Assembly (NCBI GenBank): GCA_028023455.1
Contig: JAQFVV010000010.1
Coordinates: forward strand, 5,518,001 to 5,582,000
DNA length: 64,000 bases
Direction of reading: 5' to 3'
Source: Epiperipatus broadwayi
Lineage: Eukaryota; Animalia; Onychophora
Program-made: the position numbers and the translations under genes
Notes under the pieces: generated by a model
The model's input: the letters and a program-made list of their open reading frames with translations, nothing else
The model's database searches: none
Told to the model about the DNA's origin: nothing
Shown here: positions 1-13,119 of the stretch, piece after piece
How the letters are laid out: each line of letters opens with the position of its first letter
Numbering within the stretch: the first letter of the stretch is position 1

Positions 1-1560
1 GTTATTAAAGAGAAACAAACGTTTAGATATAATCTTGCATTTAAGCATTTTGTCTATCTGTTCTACTTTATGGCTATATTGATGAGGTATAGGATATGCA
101 TGGGCTTGATATGGCTAGTCTTTCATAAGCCTTATCCTGTGGTCATACCCTTGGATTACCCCAGGAAAATACTCTTTCATATCTATTGAATAGCTTCTTC
201 AGTAGGTTTCTTTATCATTTATGCATATTGACTCATCCACCTTTTCCCCTATCTCTATTTACATTCCTGCACTTTGTACACCACTCTGTTTATTTACATC
301 ATCCTTTTGGTGTTTTGTAAATGAATTATTATGTTGTTTATTTCTGCCCGACTTCGTTTATAATCTAATACACAGCCTGTTTTGTACATAAAGTCCGAGC
401 CTAATATGACCTCATGAAACAGACCTTCCAAAATCAACAGCACATGCCTGTATTCTCCCTCTGCCATGTGTAATTTTACCATGCCTGTTGAATGCCAACT
501 TCACCCTCTTACCATTAGCCAGCAAAACATATAGTTATTAAAATCAATATTTTAATTTCCGGGTCCGTGTCACTTATTTTATTAAACATTTCCTGTGACA
601 TTACTAATACCTGACTCCCTGAATCGAACAACGCACTAGTTACAATCCCCCGTCCTTATCTCTATCTTTGGACAGCTCTGAGGTGCCATTAAAGGTGTGC
701 TCTCTTCTCCGCTACATACCAGATTTGCTACTTGCATACAATCAATTTCTGCGTTTCCATCTTCGTCCTGATCATTCACCCCCTCTATTGTTGTCTAATT
801 AGTATTTTGGCCATCTGCTCTACTGTTTGCTTGCCAATCATTATTTGTTCCACATTACCAGGTAAAACACGCCTAACTATACGCATAATATGCTGCTCTG
901 ACAATGTGTATGCTGTGATTGATCTCAATAACCCTGACTGCCATTTGTCCTGCTCTACTTGAAACTTAACCTTTTCCTGAAGCTCCTCCCCCCAATAATT
1001 TGCCAACAGCAAACACTTGTATTCACTGAACATTGCCGGTTTTACACATAATGAGTTCCACCAGAGCTGAGCTTCTCCCTGTATGTGACTGCAAGCTAGG
1101 GAAATTCTTGTTCCCTCACTTAAACTATTCAAGATGCAATAGTGTTCCAAGATTTCTAAGTGGTCACTTGGATTCTCCCCTGAAAATTTTTTTATTTTTA
1201 GCAGCTTATTTACTGCCTCCATTTTATGTATGTGCACCCATGTTTTTATAGTCTCGTGTTCCCTTCCTAATGCCTCTACTCTTTTTATTAGTCCCTCCAA
1301 CTCTATATATTTTTCCATTTCTCTATTTTGAACTAAATTTAAATATGAACTGTTTATTTATTTAAAAAACAACAACAGAACATACGACTGATTCCATCCC
1401 ATTGTCCTTTTCTCTTTACCCATTCTTAATGCCTTAACTCCATCCAAAATATCTAACTATCTCTGATTTAACAGAATGATTTATTTTAACTAACTTAAAT
1501 GTCAAAATCTCTTTTCATTTAAAGAAAAAAAAAGTTTCGGTAAATTCTTTTTTTTAAATT
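1..1560 (-). mobile_element. Ty3/Gypsy LTR retrotransposon relic (gag-protease-start of RT), running off the left edge
   Basis: ORF 785-1318 resembles a retrotransposon/Arc-type capsid (KFSGENPSDHLE...GEAQLWWNSL...LLANYWG). Aspartic protease motif ALFDSGSQV (DSG at 617-625) and ILGSDF (ORF 294-482). RT N-terminus PGVIQGYDHRIRL...YPIPH...IDKMLK at about 10-170. Frameshifts and stops are present. The upstream boundary is approximate. Confidence 0.85.
785..1318 (-). CDS. Gag capsid-like ORF (177 aa) of the Gypsy relic
   Basis: ORF track translation; motif pattern typical of Ty3/Gypsy Gag. Confidence 0.7.
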   Translation of the reverse strand: MEKYIELEGLIKRVEALGREHETIKTWVHIHKMEAVNKLLKIKKFSGENPSDHLEILEHYCILNSLSEGTRISLACSHIQGEAQLWWNSLCVKPAMFSEYKCLLLANYWGEELQEKVKFQVEQDKWQSGLLRSITAYTLSEQHIMRIVRRVLPGNVEQIMIGKQTVEQMAKILIRQQ

Positions 1561-1768
1561 AAACCACTTTAAAATACATAATTTAGCTTTTTAGATTTTT
1601 ATTTTCAAACAGTAACAAAACATTTAGTTACTGCCATATATGAGGAGTTTGCCTTTGTGCCAGGTTTGAACCATGGATGATCCTACATTCTCTACTGACT
1701 AGGTTTAGCTGACATTAAACCTTATTTATTGTAAATTTATAAATATTACATGAACGAACCGGCCCATC

Positions 1769-2330
1769 CGAGTAGAGTGGAGACTTATTGTTAATTCTAG
1801 AAATTTATCTTTCCAAAACTTGTCACAATTTCTTCTCAAATTTATTAGTCCTTTGGCATTTGTATAATTAATCAAGAACATGAAAATTGAAAAAAAAACT
1901 GAATATTAGTAAAGTTTGGTTTGGAAAATTTATTTACATATGAACCCTATGATGAAGCATTTTCTATTGTAAGAAAAAGATTAAATGACAATAATAGCTT
2001 ACAAATCAGAACAAGTCTTCCTGTTGATAGTTGAATGGAATTATTAATATTCTGTAAAACAGCAGCTTACTGTCAATGCAATATTAGAAATCTTCCAAAA
2101 AATCAAGGGGATCATCACTGAATAGCAACATTTACATAGAACTTGAAATAGCAGCCATAAATACTGTTCCACATCAATCTAAAGTTTGGATTTGCTATGT
2201 TCCTGATACATTTTTTGTATGGCCGCATGATGAAGCATTATTACAAACATTCTGGACACACGTCAACAACATATTTTAAGAAAAAGTTTTATATTAGGAG
2301 AACCATCATAGATAAATATATAAAAATTCT
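1769..2330 (+). mobile_element. Penelope-like element reverse transcriptase relic
   Basis: Broken translation WRLIVNSRN...LSQFLLKFISPL, NLFTYEPYDEAFSIVRKRLNDNNSLQIRTSL, MELLIFC, and YVPDTF (2196-2213, degenerate YVDDTF). Motif order is typical of PLE RT. Confidence 0.8.
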
Positions 2331-2346
2331 TCTGACTATTGCCCTT

Positions 2347-2428
2347 GACAGAATAGTTCAGTTGGGTAAAGCATTGCTTTAAATTTAATATTCAAGAATC
2401 TAAAGGTCCAGATTAGATTCCCATGCTA
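2347..2428 (+). mobile_element. Degenerate tRNA-derived (Lys-like) SINE head
   Basis: A-box-like TAGTTCAGTTGGGTAAAGCA and B-box-like GGTCCAGATTAGATTCCC with an extra internal stretch. Too degenerate to be a functional tRNA. Confidence 0.35.
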
Positions 2429-3136
2429 GTATTAACAGTAATCAGGTGAGCAACATTTGAAAAAGAATTGAATGCATTTGGAAAGTTTAAATTTTTTAAA
2501 GACATTCAATATTTAATATTAAATTATAAAAGTAGTCCAATGTATAATTACTACTAAATAACCATCATCACAAACTTTTCTCATTCCAAAAATTATATGT
2601 ATAAATATTTTATCCATGTCAATATTTTAACAAATATTTTTATTTTCGTAGAATTCCTATTGTATTTAGATTGGAAAATTTCTCGGGGAAAATATGCCAG
2701 ATTAATATCTATTCCAAAAAGATTTAAGTGCAAATAATACTGATACTCAAAATAGTTTTCACTTTATGCACACTTATTCATTCAAAAATTGTATGGAAAA
2801 TTAACAGAAATTGACAATAAACATATATATTTAACAAATATCAATAATGGAAATTAATGAAAGCCATCCTGTTTTTTTCATATAAATTATGTTAAATAAA
2901 AATATATATAACAGCTGGCACATAATTTAGTGCTCTTTCAATATTAAAATACATGCTTAACATTTGAGAAGGGCACAAAAACATGTGTTGAAAAAAGATT
3001 TTTATGTTTCTAATGTTTATATATATATATATGATAGTTTTGTATTTATTATAATTTATATTTAACAAAATCTTTAATTTTAATGTTGTTAATATTATAA
3101 GAGTTTAGTACATATATTTTTAATAGTATTATATTA

Positions 3137-3387
3137 AAACAGACATAACTCTCTATATGTATTGCCACTCAGTACAAGCCAGAGAAATCACTGTTGAAGG
3201 CCACAAGCCAGAAATAAATCTGAGGATATTTGATGAGTAGGCACTAGATGGAGATTTTATGCAAAAGCCTTCTGGCATCCATTGATTACTCTGGCTTGCA
3301 CTGAGTAGCAATACTATAGAGAGTTTTGCCTGTTTTAATAACAGTTAAGAGCCAGCATAGGAAATGGTGATCATGTGTTGTTTATTG
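3137..3387 (+). mobile_element. HHR-repeat family copy 1: inverted fragment plus truncated sense copy, 11-bp TSD
   Basis: TSD GTATTATATTA at 3126-3136 and 3388-3398. Arms 3134-3190 and 3283-3338 are inverted. Degenerate core CUGUUGA...GAAAUAAAUC at 3191-3220. Confidence 0.8.
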
Positions 3388-3405
3388 GTATTATATTATT
3401 ATTAC

Positions 3406-3604
3406 TTCAAATTTGCAAATGTTTGTTCATTTGCATAATGAAGTGGTTTATTCTTTATATCCTAATGCTAAGAGCACTTTCAATGAAGTTCACCATAATC
3501 ATAGCTCTGTTTATGGTGAACTTCAATGAAAGTGCATTTAGCATTAGGATATAAAGAAAGTAGTCTATTTGTTATGCAGATGAACAAATGTTTGCAAATT
3601 TGAA
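3406..3604. repeat. Foldback inverted repeat, arms about 95 bp, loop 12 nt
   Basis: 3406-3498 is the approximate reverse complement of 3511-3604. Confidence 0.9.
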
Positions 3605-5078
3605 TTATAAATACATATGAAAGGGAATATCAATATTACATATATAATGCATTAAATAATTATGTAAACCCTTGGATTATAAAATAATGAATATATTACC
3701 AAATTAATAATGGCAATGAAGATTTTTAAAATATTGCAGGATTTTCTATATATATATATTGTTATACAATAATGTAAATGTTGCAAAATATATTAATTAC
3801 AATGATATTATTGAGAAGAAATGATTAAATAACCCTAAACACTAATTAATAATAAACATTTATTATGCACACATTTAAAGATATATTCTAATAATTTTAA
3901 TGGATGTGTAAATAAATCATCACTTAGTTGACCCATGAATAAGTTTATATAAAATAAAAGGCATAGTAGCTACTTAAATAGTTCTGTGCAGGATAAAAGC
4001 CTTTTCAGAAACCTTATAGAATAATAGTGAAATAAAAGGCATTATTCACAAATGTTATCAATTGCTAGATATTTAGGTTTTGAATGTGTTTGCATTGTTT
4101 TATTCTTTAATAAAGAATAACTGAATATTCATTTACTGACCAATGTAGAATACTTAGATGGGTTTGCTAAAACCAGCTGTGTGAAAGAGAAGTTATAAGC
4201 CTGATAGTAATTTTTTTTTCCCAAGTTTTGCAAAGCTTGTGTTCAAACAAGTTATGGACATGATAGATTTAGTTCCACCACAAAATTCTTCATAGATATA
4301 TGACACTCATTTCTAATGAAATTTAGTTGTCCTAGCTAATCAAATATTAAGATCCTTTCAGTTACCATTGCATATTAATTCTATGTATCATGTATGGCAT
4401 GTTAAACATGATACATTGTGGGACTAAATGTGCATTGGACCTCTGGTGATAGAAATTAAGTCGTTTTTGTAAAATAATACTGTAATTAAAAACAAATTTT
4501 TTGATTAGCATTCACAAGAAAATTTATAACAAAATTTCAAATTCACCGAGTCAAACTAAAAAAAAAAAGAAACTTTGATCTGCATTCATTCTATAAGTAA
4601 ATGATACTTATGTACATTTAAACTATCTAAGCTAAAAAAAGTCCCTAATAGGTTTTTTTTATTTTGTAGTTAACATTCTTATGTAATGAGATGTATTTTG
4701 TTTATCTTTTGTAAACTTTGCAGTTTTGTTCTTTACTATTTTTTTCTTCAGTTATCCATCATATTGCAAAAGAATATCAGTAAAACAAAACTGGATAGTG
4801 ATAAGGAAAAATTCAATGATGAGTGAAAGAACAAATTTTTCATTCAATGATGAGTGAAAGAACAAATTTTTCTTCTGTCAGGACTGTTAAGAAAACTATT
4901 GTCTATTGTGAAATTTTCATGTCAGAAGATATATTTTATTAAATTTTATAAAACTCAACATGAAACTAAAATAGAAGAATAAAAAGAACTTTGCTCTGGT
5001 CAAAGTTAAAAGAAAAAGACAAAAATATCTTTGCTAAAAGAACAATGTCAAATATATTTTACAAAATTAAGTTTACAA

Positions 5079-5307
5079 TCAATGCTCAGCTTATATTAAG
5101 ATATCCAATCTTCATACTTTAATGGACAGACTTCAATCCACTCCACAAACCTTCAGCTATCCATTTCATTGAAAATTTGATGATGGTTCAAAAAGCATTC
5201 CATAATCAGATTTTCAATGAAATGGATGGCTGAAGAGTTGTGGGGTGGATTGAAGCCTGTTCATTAAAGTATGAAGACTGGCTATCTTAATATAAGCTGA
5301 CCATTGA
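5079..5307. repeat. Foldback inverted repeat, arms about 98 bp, loop 33 nt
   Basis: 5079-5176 is the reverse complement of 5210-5307 with scattered substitutions. Confidence 0.9.
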
Positions 5308-5699
5308 ACGTATATGTGTGGAGATAATCTGGACCAACTAATAAGTACTGGTTTAGTATGAAATACATATATTGGTGATTATCTTTTCACGTGTGATCAA
5401 GGGTGTCTGCAGTATGAGATAGCATGGATAGTTGAGGGTTATGTAAAAGTCTGAGTTCAAACCCTCTATATATTACATATTGAAGTGCATGTATGAAAAA
5501 AACTGTACTTAGGGGAAAAAATATATTAAAATTAAGTTTAGTAAAAGATGAAAATCTCTGATAGACAAAATATCAAGCCTTGTCTCCACACAGTTGCAAG
5601 ATGTTTTAGTAATAAAAATATTAAAAAGTACAAATTGTTCTGTCAAAGCAAGAAAGTGTACAATGCATTGAAAAACTCTATCATGATGTATCTGAATAA

Positions 5700-7290
5700 C
5701 TACAAGCTTTTTTCCATGCATGCATATATTTTGCTTTAACTCTAGATAAATCTGTTGACATGTAATATAATATAATTAAGCATTTTTATGATATGAATTG
5801 ATTACAAATTTAATACTTTTAAAGAATTTATCAGTATTGAATCATTTCATGAAAAAACATGTGGGGCAAATATATGACAAAATAAATCTTGCCTAGAAAA
5901 TCTACAACTAGATTCCAGTTAGAATAAATTCATAATTGCTTGTACTGATGGAGCTCCATTAATGTTGATAATACGACTGAACTACAACTTTATTTGAAAA
6001 CTTTTTAGATTATGCTACAGTAAAATATCATTGTGTTATAGACAAAGTCATTGTGTGGAAATTTTTTTAATTTAAAGCAAATTATATTATTGGTTATAAA
6101 ATGCATGAATAAAATTAGAGCAGAAGTATTAAAAAAAAGAGAAATGAAAGAATATTGCAAAATGTTAGATTTGAAATATAGTCATATCATCCTATTAAAC
6201 ATTAGAACTTTATAGAGGACAAGTTTTATGTGGATTCTGAAAACTGAAAATTTCATAACTTTTTAGAAGAAAAAATGAATTAGAGGAAATATTTTTTTAA
6301 TGTGATAAAAAAAATTTATGGACAAAGCATGAGGTGCATTGAAAAATTCATAAACTTTCAAAGCAATTGAAATATCTTATCATGCTTGCACATTCTTTTA
6401 TTTAGCTCTAGATTTGAGTCCGTTTTAGTTTTACCCGACTTTTAAAGCTTGAAGTTAAATTTGTTAAAGGAGGAGGGTTTTTTCAAATTTGAATGTTACT
6501 TTCATGAATAAAATGTTTCTGCACATTTGTGCATTGTTTTAAAATGACTAACTTTTGACCAAATTTTCTGTTTTTGAAACTAAAATCATGCCTAGAAAAT
6601 CAATCAAATTCCAGTTTGAATCAACTCGTCAGTATTTGTAGTAATGGAATTCCATCAATAATTAATGAGTATTGGGACTACAACTTTATTTGAAAACTTT
6701 TTAAATTGTTCTTTAATTTAGTGGTCTTAGTTAATGTTGCCTCTTAGCATAAATAAATATCATTGCATTCAAGATGAAATTAAAATTATTCATTTCTCAA
6801 TCAGAAAATAAAGTTTTGACCAGGTTTATACTTAAAAGAACAAAGTAAATATATTAATTTTACAAAATGCATTTGAAAAATCAGATTATTGCAAGAAAGA
6901 ATGTCATTTCACGATTTTATTCAAGAAAATTGCATTTTCATTTTTACAAACCTTTTCATTCAGTGAACAAAAAATCAAGAAGATGCTAAGTAATATATAA
7001 ATAGAATTTATTAACCAGAAAATAAATTCAATATTGAAGATATTTGATGAATTCTTGGAATTACAAATGTTGGCATGAATAATTTTTGGTAATTCTTATC
7101 CTATGACCGATTTTCTGAATTAAAAATTTTTCCCCAGTTATATCTATCATTTTGGAACATTTTTCATCCATGAAATTGATTAAAAGCAAACAAGATCATG
7201 ACTGACTGATTCAAATTTGAAAAAAAAAATCACTGCTGCTTTCATTAACTCTAAATAATAAAAGTTTGATGAAAGCAAATCACTGATGTC
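5700..7290 (+). mobile_element. hAT (Buster/SPIN, GTF2IRD2-like) transposase relic
   Basis: ALDKSVD, CTDGAP (5941-5958), YHCVI, VIKCMNKIRA, RGQVL and dimerization-domain FSSMKLIKSK...LTDSNL (7161-7220). Many stops and frameshifts. Confidence 0.75.
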
Positions 7291-8423
7291 TTAACAAAAT
7301 AAGCATTGTTTTAACTTTCAATGTTTTCTATATCATAACATGAAGAAAAAAATCTAAATATTATTTATCTATGTTGGCATATATTTAGAAAATAATTCTA
7401 TGTGGTCTTGATTTCAACGTACTTTCTTGTAACAGGTCTTTCTTGTAACATGTGGGTATTATACATTTTTGTTAAATAAATATAAAGTTGTATGGCAAAT
7501 CTGAACTCGTGTGAAAAAATTGATGCATGGATTATAAAACATTACCACTCCTGATGCAGAAATTCTTGAGATAGGTGCCATTGCTTGTCAGTCCTTTACT
7601 TCATTTTATTCAAATCTCTTAATACTGAGGTATATCAAGCACTTTACATTAAAGTGCTTATGAGCTCTTTATTTAGACCACCAAAAGTAAAAATAAACAA
7701 ATATACATGTACATCAAAGCACACACACAAAAATACTTAACAAAAATGCCTTACATCTAATATAAACAAGCAAAGTTCAAGTTAAGTATAATAAAACATA
7801 TTTAATTCTAAAATAAAATTGAGCGATCAAAAGTAAAAAAAAAAAAATTAGACTATTAATAAACGAAAATTACAACTATTTAAAAAGAAAATTTATCTTA
7901 AACTTTTTCAAATGTTATTAGCATCATCAACTTTAGCATAAAACGTTTTTACTTATACATTATTATCTAACATGAATTATTATACATTCAATCTTTAATT
8001 AAATAAATGTCTAAATCTTAAAAAATATATATATAGTTAAAAGTTTAAGTAAGTTATTTTCTTTCAAATCTTGTATGTTTAATATACGTTTCAATGTCAC
8101 AATATTAAATTTTTCATTAGTTCAAAAGCAGATCCTAATTTGAACTTTATGATAATTTATCTATATTACAAATTGGTGGTGCATATTTCAATTTCTCTAT
8201 TTAGAATTCAGCTAGACCTATCTAGAGCATTTTTTTATGGAAAGATATCTTTCATTATCTTTTACCTATGTTTAATACAACAATGATTTTGAGTGAATAA
8301 ATAGCACAATTAACATTTTTCCTGACTAAATTAAGATTTATATAACAAGGGCAAATAGATAGTGAACACTAGAACAATTATTTCAATGAAATTAAAATAT
8401 TAGATGTTAAATTGAGTTTTGTC

Positions 8424-8821
8424 TTAAAATCATGATGTATGTATATCAACAAATGTTTTTTTTTTCATTGCTCTTTTTTTTAAAAAAAAAGATAATTTCA
8501 TAATCTTAAAAACAGAAGCCAAATGAAGTAGAAAAAGATGAATAGTTTCTGCATAGATTACTATACTCATTGAACTCACTTTTTTTCAGTCTCTGTACAC
8601 ACTTTCGGAATCAACATTGAAAATTAAAATCATGATGTACTTATATCAACAAATGTGGTTTTTCATTGCTTTTTTTAAAAAAAAAAGATAACTTTCAAAT
8701 TCTTAAAAACAGAAGCTAAATAAAGTAAAAAAAAAAGATTAAGTTTCTGTATAGATTGCTATACTCAATGAACTTACTTTTCAATCTCTGTGCACACTTT
8801 TTGGATTCAGCATTGAAAATT
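8424..8821. repeat. Diverged tandem duplication, period about 200 bp
   Basis: ttaaaatcatgatgta...cattgaaaatt begins at 8424 and again at 8624. Confidence 0.9.
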
Positions 8822-11356
8822 AATAAATAGGCAGTGTGAATTAATATTTCATTAAGTGCAAAACAAAACACAATAATTATTTTTAACTGTAAAAAAGACA
8901 AAACCATGATTTGTCTGCTAGTTTCAATGACGGAAACAAAAAATATCTTTCATGTCAATCGTTTAAAACCAAGACATCACACATCTGTATTTTAAAATAC
9001 CTCAAAGGAGCTATAATCCACTTTATATCACAATTAGTCATATACTTAAGCATTAGGCTATCATGTGATATTAACATCTGAATCCTCAGACTAGTTTATG
9101 GCTATTGATCTTTATTATGGAACATTGTTTGGATGTCTATTTGGCATTGCCATCTGGTATCCAATATGAATTAATGTTAATGAAGATAATAAATCTAAGC
9201 AGTTTTGCTTTGACATATACTATCCATTAGATCTAGTGTCAAATTTATATAGACAAAATTGGTTTGGGTTCAAAATTCAAGGGTGTTGTCATTTAAAATC
9301 ATTATATTTAATATAATAAATTAATGACATTATATTGAATAATGATAAGTTGGCCATTTATAATCCAGCGCTCTTTACTGACAAATGCCCTATTATTTGG
9401 TGCTCATAAATAAATCTGGCTTTAAAGTAATATGAAGTAAATTAGTTTTAAAAATTGCTCTTAGTGATAATAATACATCTATGGATTTTTTTTAAAGAAA
9501 AGATGGGATAAAAAAAGTGTAAAATGTTTTTAGTCAAAGTACTATATTCAAATTGTTTCATTTAACTGACAATGGAAATAAAATGCTTTTAAATATAAAA
9601 TTAGATACTGTATTTAAAAAAAAATGAATTATTTAAACTATTACACATGCTGCTACATTTGCATTGCACTCTTAAACTCCAGAGATATTAAAAAAAAAAT
9701 TGTGGAATTGCTAAGCAAAAAATTCATTACCATTAGTTTTTAGAATGATGCTTCATAAATCATTGATCTCTGGAAAAAACTTCAGTAGAAATCAATCAAT
9801 GCATCAAGGTAGTAAAATGATGCCTAATATTACATTGTTGCTAATAGAGAATTACAACCCAATGGAATTCAGTATAAAATTAATTTGCAGTCAATAACAA
9901 TCACATTATCTCCTTAAAAATTTAATGCAGTTCAGGCATTCTTGACTTAGCATATCACCAAATGTATTATTGTAATGGATTTACAAACCTTAAAAATCTG
10001 TTTCATTGCTTCAATACCCTTAAATACATTAACTTTGCATTCCGTATCATAATCTTCACAAAGTATTATTAAGGAACAAAGAATTTTAGAGATAAATAAA
10101 AACATTTTACTATGTCACCAAGGAATTAAATTTGCTAGTTTTGAAATAATATTTCAACTACTACCAATCTCTAACAAAAGCTTTCTTCAGCACAAATCAA
10201 CAACTATGCAAAGAAAACAAATGGGGAAATGATGCCAATTGAAAAAGTAAAGGATTAATGACAATTTTGAAAAACTTAATCAGAATAATCCTTAATATGA
10301 TATTCAAATATTAGATGACAATTCTTTTACCACCTGTTTGTGAAATACCCCATCTGATTAAATGTTCCTTCATATGAGAGCATATTTACTTCATAGCACA
10401 CTGCCGAGGAAATAGTTAAATGTGAATGCTTTATCATGAATTACTTTCTTCAGTTTGCTTTAAAATCATCAACTTCAATGAAAACGTTTTAACTTGCAAG
10501 CTCTGGATATTCAGGATTCAGAAAAAACACAGGATATTCTTGTATCAAATACTCCCAATTTAACCTTGCAACAATATCCCACATATACCATAAATTTAAA
10601 ATGTCAATTGAAAATTTTCATTATCTATATAAAACATTTAGAATATTCACAAATTGTCTACAAGCCTAAATACTACATGCCAGTTATATGTTAAACTGTA
10701 TATCCAATAGCTTACCTAGATTAAGGACTGGCAATGTTGTGTTTGTGTCTTAAAAGTACTTAGCACTAATTTTGTAAAATAATTTATATAGCCTGGCAGT
10801 CGTCTGGTGATCAAATGGTCAACTTAATTTGAGAAGCCACTTTATATTGCAGTAAAGGTTCACTTTTCACAATACTCATCAACCCATCAATAATACAATC
10901 GATTATTTGATATGTTTGTTCTAATAGTTTTATAATTTTTATTATAATCGTGATGGATAACAAATATTTTTCTTTAGCATATTTATTCTAAAGAAAAATA
11001 TGTGCGCTTGTCGTGCAAAACAAGTGTAATGGTTCCTGAAAAATTTGAGATTTCAACATTATTCATAAAACTTTTAAAAAAAAATTCTGCTGAAACTAAA
11101 CTAAAAACATCTTTACCAAGTCAATTTCACAGGTGAAAAAAAAATAAGTTGCCTTTTTTTAAAATTGCTCATTTATTAGCAAAGAAAAATAACCTTTTTA
11201 TAGCTGATTAGGAAAAGAAGCCATATTGTTGGCTTAAAAAAAAAATTGCAATGAATACAATCCACCCATTAGGAAAACAATAATATAATCAAAATTATCA
11301 TTGCTGACATTGAATTATAATTGAAAAAGATATAAAAGTATATAATTTTCCCTTCA

Positions 11357-11553
11357 TTTTTATATATAATTCTTTTATATGTTTATACATATGCATAATT
11401 AAGTAGTTTCTTATCATTATATGATAAAGATGAGTGCACTATCAGTGACAAGCATCATAATTGTGATGTTTGTCATTGAAAATGCCTCAGCTTTATGATA
11501 TGAAACCATTTTGTTATACGTATGTGGATATATATAAAAGAATTATATAAAAG
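11357..11553. repeat. Loopless foldback (arms about 100 bp) bounded by a 15-bp direct repeat
   Basis: Centre at 11460/11461. ATATAAAAGTATATA occurs at 11330-11344 and 11545-11559. Confidence 0.8.
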
Positions 11554-12314
11554 TATATATATTTTCAAGTAGATAAGTCCACCAATATATTGTATATATT
11601 ATTGTAAAGATGGTTTTTAACAATTTTTCTATAAAACAAACATGGCACTAAATTATAACATTACAAGGGAAAATACCAAAAAATATATGGAAGAAAATAC
11701 AGTACTTTAGTTACAATTTAAAATTATAACAGTATTTCTGCATTGAAAAGAACAAAATGATTTATCAAACTACTCTAAAAAAGCCTATTCATTCTAAAAA
11801 TTTGCATCATTAACCAGGGAATGTACAGAAGTAATACCATTTCAACATAATAGTGACAAAAATAGTAAATATGAGCTGCACATGGAATATTCATATTACT
11901 TTTATAAGAGAATGTAGAATTTGAAGATCTTACATTGAAGTGTATTGACTTAGTCAAAATACTTGGTTTTTTAAAATTTTATTATCTCTAGTACAGAAGT
12001 TTCTAATGCACAGGAATAAATTTTGTTTAGAGTTTGAAGACAAAACTATACAAATTTTTTGATTAAAAAAATTAATTAATAAATTAGATTGGCAAGCCAA
12101 AATCATATTGTTCAAATGACATATGCAGAGAATTCACCTGAATTTAATTTGATATTTTGGAAATCTCACATACTGAAAAATCATTTCACAAAATCAAAAA
12201 AAAAGTATTGAAAATTTTGCAAGCAATATTTCTGCTGCTCATTTTGATACTTTTGGAAAAGTTTAGCTCTGGATTTCAATAAATTTCTGAATTAGATATA
12301 CATTTTGCATACAG

Positions 12315-12620
12315 CAGGAGTCCCCAACCCTGCCCGCGGGCACAATGCCCGCAGACTATTTTACGCGTGCCCACCGCTGTCCGAACACTATAAAAAATTA
12401 TTTATCTGATACAAATATATTTAATTTTTTAAATTTCTTATAAATTATTATATTGTAATCAAATGTTAAAATTTTATTTTTGAAATAAATATTTTTTTTG
12501 TACATTGTGTATTATTAACAATATCCAACTATAAATTTACATTTAAAAAATAAATGGTGCCCACCACCTGGTCAGTATAATAGAATGTACTCTGAAGTGC
12601 AAAAAGGTCGGGGACTGCTG
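12315..12620. mobile_element. hAT Buster-type MITE, 306 bp
   Basis: 15-bp TIRs CAGGAGTCCCCAACC / CAGCAGTCCCCGACC. Perfect 8-bp TSD GCATACAG (12307-12314, 12621-12628) with the central TA typical of Buster targets. Confidence 0.92.
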
Positions 12621-13119
12621 GCATACAGTTTCATTTCTACAGATGAGGACTCATCTTTTAAAATTGCAGCATTTCAATTTTTTAATGCAGACTTGACTAA
12701 ATATAAAAGTTATAGTTTTGAAATATCAGATAAATATTTTGAAATGTAATTAATAAAAAGTTATCTTTTAAGAAATTATTCAGATATTTTTATGTAGATG
12801 CCTATTCTTAAATATGATGTAATTAAAATTTATGTACAAATCGCAGTGTATCAATTATTTAAAATAGAATTTTCAATTTTCACTCAGTATACATATATTA
12901 ATTGAAAATATGCAATCTTCACAATGTGCAGTTTTTAAAAAATTAAAGTTGTAATTTTGTACTATAAATATGTATTGGATGTATCTTAAGATTACAATTC
13001 CACCCAGCAAAATTAAAGATAAAATGTCATAAATCAACTATTCAAGGTTGTAAAGACCTGATCTAGATTATATATGTAATAAAAAAAATTCAAAATATCT
13101 TTTTGTAAATGTTCTAAAT

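Noticed and set aside
7620-8300. Possible minus-strand LINE 3' end (APPIC...)
   Set aside because: Too degraded to support as a feature.
9900-11120. Slightly GC-richer stretches suggesting decayed transposase sequence
   Set aside because: No diagnostic motif could be read in any frame.
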